This document shows, one piece after another, positions 54,803-64,000 of a stretch of 64,000 nt of DNA. Source of the stretch: Eledone cirrhosa (Eukaryota). The notes beneath the pieces are model-generated. The model ran no database searches and had not been told where the DNA came from. It was given only the letters and a program-made list of their open reading frames with translations. The stretch spans positions 114,948,001-115,012,000 of the forward strand of contig OZ024740.1 of assembly GCA_964016885.1 (NCBI GenBank), written 5' to 3'. Within the stretch, counting starts at the first letter, position 1. Every line of letters begins with the position of its first letter. The translations under genes were made by a program, and so were the position numbers.

Positions 54803-55523
54803 TGGCGACCTACGTAGGAAATCGTATTATCGTGAGCTTCGCAAAGTTTTGTTGTTTTCAGTTGTTTAAAATTGTCATTTATGGAAAAAATTTATTGTTA
54901 ACTGTATATAAGTGCACATACATTGTTTTCTTAAAAGAACACTAAAAAAGATTGGGGCCGTGAGCCCAAAATTTAAACATTTATAATTATCAAACAAAAA
55001 TTTATTTGAAAAAAATATTGGACGACTCACAATCACACCTTCCTCACAAACTAACACCTCACACCGACACCACCATTGTAACTATTACTACGTTTGCCAA
55101 CACTAAACGTATAAGCAGTAGCAATAATTTAAATTTGTCTCATGCAGACATTCATTTCCCGCCATTACCAATGACTGCAGGTGTTGAAGCCGCCACCCCC
55201 TCCACCACCACAGCGACAACAGAATAAAAAAAAAAAAGATTTATCCCGTGACATCGAAATGGATTAACCCAAAATCGATTCTTCCACACCGAACACTACT
55301 GATGCCACTACTACCACAACTGAAACTAAAAATAACAATAACAAAAATAACGATGACAAAAACAGCAACAACAACAATGAGAATAAGGAAACCATCCTGT
55401 CTTTTGCCAGAGTAGCAAAAAAGTGCGAAGCAATCCAGGTAACTCAGGGGGAAGTAGATGAAGCCAAGAGAATGGTAAAGAAAGATGGGTATAGGGTCAG
55501 CCTCCCCCCCCCCCATCTAATAA

Positions 55524-56780
55524 AATGGAGCATCGGCGCCTATGCACCGTGTCTTATCGGACGATTAACATAAAATCGTGCCGAGTGGAACGAGCATCCG
55601 AGTCCCAAATCCAAAAAGCTTTGGGACATGTGTGGGCAAAAAATAACCACATCAGACGTGGGTAGAAATATGGAACCGTGGACGTGTCCTTTGGAACACC
55701 ACAGCAGGCCAGGGAACACTCCATGGCCCCATTAAGAAGTGACGACTTCACACTCGTCCCAAGCTATTGTGGCCAGAGACTCGTGAAGATCTGGGTGACC
55801 CACGTTCCACCGGCCATCGAAACTCCCTGGCTAATGGCTGCCGCCCTCGCTGGCATCGAGGCCAACACCAAGATAATCGAAATAGCGAAAGAAAAGCAGG
55901 AGAACTGGTCCGGATCTGGGATAGAGCTCCTGATCCAAGCGGACCAAATAAGCATTGAGGAGATCCCAGAGGTAATAGACCTCACTGACGGGAGCCATCT
56001 CACCGTAATCGTCGAGGGCAGAAGGCCTAGGTGTGTCTTTTGTGGTGAAGGAACCCACCTAAGAGCTTTCTGCCCTCAGGCTAAAAGTTTGAAGCCACCT
56101 CTCTTACCCACCCCAGTGACTCAATCATCAACACCACCAGCAGCAGAAATGGCAGCAACAACTGTAGCAGCAACAACAGAAGCAACTGTAACAGCAACAA
56201 CCCCAGCAACAATAGAAAAAAAGAAAAAGAAGCTAAAAAAGAAAAAATCCCCTTCCTTCCCCCCAAAAAACAAAATACAGAGGGAAACAAACAAACTATC
56301 AAACAAAAAAGTTAGGACAGCTATGCCACCATCCACACCAGCATCACCACCCCATCACCACAAACACCAACACCATCACCATCATTAACCCCAACACCAC
56401 CATCACCAACACTACAAAAGTCACCAAAACGCGAAACAGAAACAAACCCACAACAAACGCAAACAAAACAAAACAATCAAAACGATACACACTACAAACC
56501 ATTAATTTTGAACAGCAACCAATTATTACACTACATCCAACACAACACCAGCATCACAGAAAAAGACTACACAACCCAAAAGTTCACACCACCTCCACAC
56601 ATACAAATCATACGCATCACAGAGAAAACGTACACGACACTAAAACAAAAATTCCCCAAAGACATCGTAGATTTCCGACAAGCACTCTCCAGGAGGATTT
56701 ATAAGGACATCCTTCCGGAGGAGGCCAGAAGCAGTGAAAAGGATGGAGAAACCATCCTTCCTCTACGAGAAGTAAGGTAA
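55524..56780 (+). pseudogene. LINE ORF1 (RRM-like region and CCHC zinc knuckle), disrupted
   Basis: VIVEGRRPRCVFCGEGTHLRAFCP, followed by a low-complexity T/K-rich tail. Confidence 0.8.
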
Positions 56781-56814
56781 GTGGTCTTTCCCATCTTTTC
56801 CACTCCATTTCAAC

Positions 56815-59800
56815 ATGACCTCACTCAGAATAGGCAGCATAAATGCGCGTGGATTGGGGTCGTCATGGAAGCAGGGCCACCTGCTCAACAACCTCAGGTC
56901 ACTAAACATAGATGTAGTGGCCATCAGCGATACCAGAGCCTCCGAAGCACGGGCCTTCACACCGATCTTTGGCGGCTACGATGTGTACGCATCTACCAGT
57001 CGTCCTGGATCGGGGGGGGGGGGCGGAGTTGCTGTGCTTTTTCGGATAGGTTTGGATCTAGCCATACGGGCCATCTTCCTGGACCCAGAAGGTACGTTGG
57101 TGGTGCTGGACGTGACCAGAGGAGACGGGCAAGCTTTCAGGCTAGTGGCCGTCTATGCCCCGACAGGAGCAGGACGGCCTGATTTCTTCCGGCGTCTGGA
57201 GACCTTTCTTGGAACGTACCGTTCTTTAGTGTTAGTGGGCGACTGTAACGGGATCTTAGATGCACGCTGGGACTGTGTGAGATTAGCGGATAGGAGTGGA
57301 GGGTGCAAGAGCCTCAGCAACCTGCTCAGGCGTTTTGAACTGTCTGACAGGTACCGATTGGATTTCCCGAATGTGCCAATGTGGACTTGAACAAATCGTA
57401 TAGGGTCATCCAGATCATATCTAGATAGAGTATTTTGTAGGGAAATAGATAGGTCTAGCATAGGCTGTCCACAATTCAAGATAGTCAATTACACGGACCA
57501 CAAATTCGTGATCTGTGTGCTTGACTTAGATAGGCTTAATAGACGAGGGCCCGGCTACTGGAAGCTAAACACTTCCTTACCAGCGCGCAAGGCCTACAGA
57601 GACCGGATAAGCGAACTAGTTAAGCGGGCGTTGACGGGGGCCATCGTCAACAACAAGTGGTAGTTTGCTCTGAAAATATTGATTAGAATAGAGTCCATTA
57701 GGTTTAGTAAGAGAAAAATAGAGCAGAGGGAGAACTAGTTAGAAAATTAGACGAGGCGCTTAGCAAAGGCCTTGCGACCGACGTACTTGCGGCGAAATTG
57801 GCTCTTGACCAATTCTTCAATGCAAAGCACGAAGCCTGCGTTGTCAGAGCTAGGGTGCGTGCTCTCAGATACGAGGGGAAGAAAGCCGTTCAATGGGCCC
57901 GAGTGGCGGAGGAGCGTCGTGGCAACAAAGGCACGATCCGGTCTTTGGTGGACAACGCCGGGCGCATGCTACTCGATCCCGGGCAAATGTGTGAAGCTTT
58001 TCAGCGACACTTCGCACAGCTGTTCGGGGACAATGGCGGGCCGGATCGAGGGATGGACTTTAGTGTCTACCTCGACGGATTGTCGCGGCTCTCGGCTACT
58101 GAGGCGGAGGGTTGCGAAAAGCCGGTAACAGCCGCTGAAGTACGGGAGGCAATGACTGGCTGCACAAGGGGTAAATCGCCTGGTTTGGATGGTCTTCCCT
58201 ATGAACTTTACGTACAGATGCCAGACTTGTTCCGAGGCCTCTTGGCGGACGTCTACTGCAACTGGCAACAGAACGGGAGAATTCCCAGCTCTGTGAGCCG
58301 AGGAGCTGTGGGGCTGCTGAGAAAGAATCCGAAAAAGGGAGATAACATAATTAATTTCAGGCCCATAACTCTGCTAAACACAGAGTTCAAGATTTTGGCC
58401 AAGGTGCTAGCAAAGAGGTTGGCGCTTGTCATTGGTGGTCTGGTGTGAGAGGCGCAGACATGCGCCATTGCCGACAGATCCATCCACGACAACCTCCACC
58501 TCGTGCGATACATCGTAGAGAGGGTAGCTATGGAACCTGTCATGAGTGGGTCCTTGATCAATTTAGATCAGTATAAAGCTTTTGATAGGGTCGACCATCG
58601 TTACCTAGCGTCAGTCCTGAGGGCGGCTGGCTTTGGGCCCGTCTTCAGAGGCTGGATCGCTGCCATGCACAGCGACATCTGCTCTGTAGTGAGAGTGAAC
58701 GGTCACCTGTCGGAACCGTTCAACATCATGCGCTCGGTCCGCCAAGGATATCCCCTCTCGTCCCTATTGTACGTATTGACTCTCGAGACATTACTGCACA
58801 AACTGGAGATTTTGAGGGGGATCCCGCGCGAACTAGGACGCAGAAGATCCGTGTCATCATATAACGACGAGGTCACCGTAGTGGTGTCGAACGCCAAATA
58901 CATCGAGGCGATCGGCACTACACTAAGCGAATACGAAGCGGTGACAGGAGCAATGATCAACCAGGAAAAGTCAGTGGGCCTGCAGCTCGGCACCTGGAGA
59001 GGAAGGTCCATGCCGTCCAACAGCGTCGTCGGGCGCTGGACGGACGGACCGGTTAAATTGCTAGGGGTCTGGTTCGGTCCGGACCTCCAGACGGACAAAA
59101 ACTGGGACGGCGTGACGAAATGGGCGGAGAGGATGCTATCACTGAAAGGTCGAGCGGGGGTGGCTAACGGGTACATCGCGTCCGTCATCTACTACTGCCT
59201 CACCGTCGTACCTTGTCCTAAGCCCCGCCTGACTGCGCTGGAGCGTTAGCTCTTTCGCTTCTTGTGGAAGGGACGCGTTCCGATGGTCAAGTGGTCTATC
59301 TGCTGTCAACACCCGCTACGTCGAGGGCTGGGCATACCGTGGCTGATTATGCACAAACACGCGCTCAGGCTACGACATCTCCACATTTTCCTCGACGGTT
59401 ATCAAGTGTGGTCCCCGTTTGCTAGACGCGTCTTTTCCCAGCTCGTCTCCTTGACGGAGCTGCAGTCCTGGGTCAAGCGAAGACCGAGAGGGAGCGCTTG
59501 CAGACTGGAATGTCTTCAGGCGCTCACAGCCCTCGACCAATCGGGCAATGTGATCGGTGGAAACTCCACCTTGGCGTTCTATAGAGGATTAGTGGAGGGG
59601 AAGAGCGACGACGTACTTGGTGAAACTCTAGGCGTCGACGAAAATCAACTAGCCAATCTCTTCGGAAGAACTTTCGAGCCGGGGCCTATGGACAACTTCC
59701 AGATATCCCTGGCCTGGCAGTGCTACCGAGGAGCTTTGCCAGTTCGAGATAAACTCTACAGGCATGGAGGTGCCGTCAGCCGGCCATGTCCAAGATGCGC

Positions 59801-60203
59801 GCAGGGCGACGAAACCGTCCTGCACGTAGTCGTCCACTGTCCGAGCATTGCTGACTTGTGGGTTTATGTCGAACACCTGCTGTCGCGTGAAGGATGGATC
59901 CAGCTATCAGCTGAGTCCATCGTGAGGATTGCCCCGCCCTCTTCCTTTAGCCGGGAAGGGCAGGCAGTTTTTATGGGTCTGGTGGCCATGGCGACAGAGA
60001 TAGTATGGTGGACACGTTTGAAAGGGCTGAAGACGAGCACCTACTTCTTTGGTGATGCCCTGATTAACTTTATAAAATTTCATTTGAAAAGGAAAATCAG
60101 GGTAGAGAGGGAAGTGCTCTCTTCCCAGCATTTTGTTGAAAGATGGGTGAGAGATGCAAGAATGGCCCGAGTGAATGGGCCTACTCTGAGTATGTGTCTG
60201 TAA
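56815..60203 (+). pseudogene. LINE ORF2 (APE-RT-CCHC) with several in-frame stops
   Basis: SINARGL, AVYAP, GDCNGIL, KSPGLDGLPYELY, FRPITLLNTEFKILAKVL, KAFDRVDH, SVRQGYPLS, YNDE (decayed YADD) and CPRC..ETVLH..HCP. Confidence 0.93.
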
Positions 60204-60531
60204 ATTAAAGGTGGAAAACTGGGAGAGGGCACTTGCCCTGGTGGTCAGGGTCACTGTGGCTTTTTAATGGGCTTTCTCCATGAATGTTCCTCGGAAGTCT
60301 CCCCCGTATTGGGAAATGTTTTCATTGTTCTATTATTACATCCTCTGTTTTTTCTTTTTTTACACCCAGAAATGCCCTTTTGTACCGTGCTGTATTGTCC
60401 TGTACTGTCCTTAATGTCTACTTTGTGTAAACCCTTGTGGTTAATAAAGAAAGCATTATTATTGGGTAATTGCTGGCCTTGTGCCAAAAGTAGAACCAAG
60501 TATTATTATTTTTATTATTAGTAGCAGCAGC

Positions 60532-60589
<58 letters not shown>

Positions 60590-60808
60590 TTTTTTTAACT
60601 TCGTCTCCCAATTGCCTGGTTTTCCGTTCTGTTAAAACATTTTCCCCAAAAAAATAAAAGCCTAGGAAATTTTGAAACTTTACCAAGATTCATTAATTTG
60701 CTGTAAGCCCAAACAAGTTTTGTGTGTTTTCGTGCCCTCGCTCGTGTGTGCGTGCATGCGGTTGTTCATCTATATATAAAAATATTTATATATATATATG
60801 TGTACATA

Positions 60809-60943
<135 letters not shown>

Positions 60944-61004
60944 GCATATATATATATCCACACACACACATATATATACTTAAATATATATAAATATATG
61001 TACA

Positions 61005-61062
<58 letters not shown>

Positions 61063-62399
61063 AGCATATAAATACTCATGTGTGTGTATACTCATGGGGG
61101 GCTAGTGTGTATATTTGTTTGCGTATTGTTTGTGATACTTCTAAGTTTCTAGTTATTATCCAAGCTGTAGCTGGTATTGTTTCTCTAGTTACATTGGTCA
61201 TTAATAGTCCTGTTATTCTTAATGCTTTCTTTTCCTTTCTCCCCATTTTCATCGTGGCTCTTCTCGTTACTGCTGTTTGTTTTCTTCTTCCTTTGATTTT
61301 AAGTATTTTTTTCTTCAGCTTCTATAACGGCAATGTGCAATAAACAAGGAACATAATTTATTTCCAGAAAAGATTCCCTTCAAATGCCTTCAAAACATTG
61401 TGTTTACATGGAAAAAATTTTCCATTCAGGCTATTTATTCTATATATTTTTCCCTTTACACAATTAACCCTAGAATTCCATGAAGGGTGAAATATCTCAC
61501 AAAAGACTTCCATATTTATTAGTAGTGATGGCGCTTTAGGTTTTCAAAATTGAAATTATATTCAGCAGATGGGCATGAAAAATCGTATACAGAAACATAT
61601 GCTTACGCAGACAAACACACCACACACACAGCCACAGAAAGAGAGAGGGTGTAAGGGGGATAAAGAGTCAGTGAGAGAGAAAGATAATGTCTCACTGCTT
61701 CTTTCTCTCTCCCCAATTTCAGCCTATTCTTTTTTCTTCTTCTCTCCTTTCTGTATTATCTTTCTGTAGCACAGTCTTTTAATGTCTTTCATTATTACAC
61801 ATTCTTTGTCCATTTTATTCACAACTGCTATCACTCTTTTAACTTGCTATTTTTCTCTATTTACTCTAATATGTTGTCACCACCACTTCCTTTCTCTCTG
61901 TCGCATTTTTCCATATTTCAATTTGCGCTTATCTTTCTCAACCACTCTGTGTATTGCTTGTAAACCAACATTTTCTTTCTTTTTATTTTCTTTTAGCTCT
62001 TTGGCACAACAAAGGTAGGCTTTTGGTTGCATATTCTAATGTTTCTCACTTAATATAATGTTCAAATTAAATTCAAAATTCTTTGTGGAACATTGAAGAG
62101 GCGGATTTGAATAAAATGCGAGTATTATTGTAGGCAATGTAAACGGCATATTCAAACTAAAGCTCAGGGCAAAATAATATTCCATATTTCGTAAATTGTG
62201 TGTATGATTTATTATCTGCAATGTCATATAGTTGTAGCATAGATATCCGCTTCATTTGTGCAGAGGTTTACTGAGATTACATATATGTTCAACAATTACA
62301 TGATCGTATATACCGGGGCTGAGGAACGGGGGTGGCTTGGAGGTGAATATACACCCCAGCCTACAACCATCAATAACATATATGGTACTTTATGAGAAA

Positions 62400-62532
62400 A
62401 AATGAATAACGAACAATTAAGTTAAAGATAATATGGTGCGTGTGTTTCCTACTATTGCCAACATGACCATCCCCAAATATATCAATATCGGTTTCAACAC
62501 ACGATTTCACACCAAGAACCTTGCAGAACGAA

Positions 62533-62537
<5 letters not shown>
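62400..62537 (+). mobile_element. Solo PLE 3'-tail fragment homologous to 13285-13400
   Basis: tggtgcgtgtgtttc...caacatgacc..cc.aaat...caatatcggtttcaacacacgatttca is shared. Ends in (TA)n. Confidence 0.8.
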
Positions 62538-62585
<48 letters not shown>

Positions 62586-62689
62586 GGGGTGGCGAGTTCT
62601 CTCATTACATCTTCCTAAAAGCTATGACACGTTCACGCTCAGCATATTGAAATATTATTGATATTATCATCATCATGTCGAATTTCCTC

Positions 62690-63440
62690 GGAGAACGTTG
62701 ATAATTATACTTCACTTGTCCCTATCTAGCATGGTTTCCGTGAATTAATTCTTTCTATGTTTTATGTCTTTACAAATCCGCTCCAGAAACGAAGCATGTG
62801 ACCCACCTCCTTTTCTTCTACAATGTATGGGTTCCCACAGCAATACCTGGTGTAATGCTATTGACTGATCTCTTTGCCATACGCGATCTATGAGACAGAG
62901 CCTTCTAGTCTTTATGACGGCTGTAATCGGTGTTAGGTCGCTGTATAGAGACTCGTTTGTTATGTGCTCCCCACAATATATATTTTGTACTCTTCTCAGT
63001 AGACTTGTATATATGCCATGTAACCGTCTGTCCATCTCTTTTGCGGTTGTCCAGCACACTTATAACTGTTGATTGATCTTAACCTTTACTTTGGTCTTCA
63101 AGTTTGATCTCAAAAATGATATCCATTTTATTTGCAGCTCTCTAGGCTAAGTTAATTTCAGTGTTCATGTCTTTTTCTACAGTGTTGATCCACGAACCAG
63201 GATACCTAAATTCCTGATCTCCTTTTAGGTAATTTCTATTTCATGACACAATATCACCCTTTTTCTGGTTATATGCAATATATTCCGTCTTTTTTTCATT
63301 TATGTGAAGTCCAATATTTTCAGCAACTCATTCCGCCATCTAACAACAGCTATGCTCTTTCGCTGGTGTTTGATAAGAGTGAAATATTGCCTGCAAAATC
63401 AGCATCAGATATTCAATGTGTTGCTACGATGAGGCTGTAG
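62690..63440 (-). pseudogene. Degenerate RTE-like LINE RT C-terminal fragment
   Basis: DADFAGNISLLS (decayed FADD), RRLHGIYTSLLRRVQNI..EHITNESLY..IKTRRL..VLLWEP. Confidence 0.75.
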
Positions 63441-63612
63441 TGTGAATCATATTAGATATACTAATTATATATATAACGCCTATCAGGTTATTTTAAATAC
63501 TGTTAATGAATGTGAAGCCACCTATCTGATGAATGGCTAAATCTATTTCCGGTATATACACTACAATAAACCTCTCGTTTTATATTTATTATATTTATTA
63601 TTGTTATCATTC

Positions 63613-63763
63613 TATCTGAGTTCAAATCCCGCCGAGGTTATCTTTGCCTTTCATCTTTACGTGGTCGATAAAATAGGGCACTAGTAATGAACTTGGGTCG
63701 ATTTAATTTACTTTCCCCTCCCCTAAAATTGCTGGCCGTGTGCCTAAAGTACAAATAATTATT
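63613..63763 (+). mobile_element. SINE family B, 5'-truncated
   Basis: tctgagttcaaatcccgccgaggtt core and ggccgtgtgcctaaagt tail. Confidence 0.85.
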
Positions 63764-64000
63764 GTCCTTATTATTCTCAATGCCTAAAAAGGTTTTCCGA
63801 GTTATTTATTGTGATATATCCATATATAACCAGATATCGAAATTGATCACAATTGGCAAAATAAATAAAAATCACTATCAAACATAAGTACCCTGATTTT
63901 AATTCCAGAGCCGGTCCCAAGATATTTAGGACATTAAGCAAGCTCCACAATGTATGTTCCATTATTTCAAATAAAATAATTTCAGCTTGCTCTTTAATAA

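Larger units (their letters stand above)
54803..60462 (+). mobile_element. Tx1/L1-clade LINE (copy 3), near full-length
   Basis: ORF1 with CCHC knuckle, ORF2 with APE-RT-zinc finger, pyrimidine-rich 3'UTR, and aataaagaaagcattattatt end. Confidence 0.93.

Noticed and set aside
62315-62365. CUGAGGA followed by a GGGGUG/CACCCC stem upstream of the solo PLE tail
   Set aside because: The position fits a pLTR HHR, but GAAA is absent, so it is not called.

Overview
AT-rich eukaryotic DNA dense in (TA)n, (CA)n, (TATG)n and (CTA)n microsatellites. The SINE types suggest an octopus-like cephalopod (inference). I found no convincing host gene, and most ORF-track entries are microsatellite artefacts. 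Recognisable content is transposon-derived: one young Penelope-like element (PLE; RT + GIY-YIG) with an inverted copy of its 3' end, two older PLE relics, RTE-type LINEs, three head-to-tail Tx1/L1-clade LINEs, a Chapaev3-like DNA transposon, a hAT MITE and two tRNA-derived SINE types. The main unannotated signal, found by eye, is about 19 type I hammerhead ribozyme (HHR) motifs on both strands. They occur in (i) a near-identical 311-bp tandem array and a ~660-bp tandem array, both resembling non-LTR retrozymes (candidate circular RNA producers), (ii) the PLE pseudo-LTRs, and (iii) several small fold-back elements in (TA)n. Most of these elements share one layout: head-to-head inverted arms, with the shorter arm usually ending at a TA microhomology. 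This suggests a PLE-driven, TA-targeted, snap-back retrotransposition system with ribozyme-bearing parasites. All RNA folds were read manually; none has been computed or tested.
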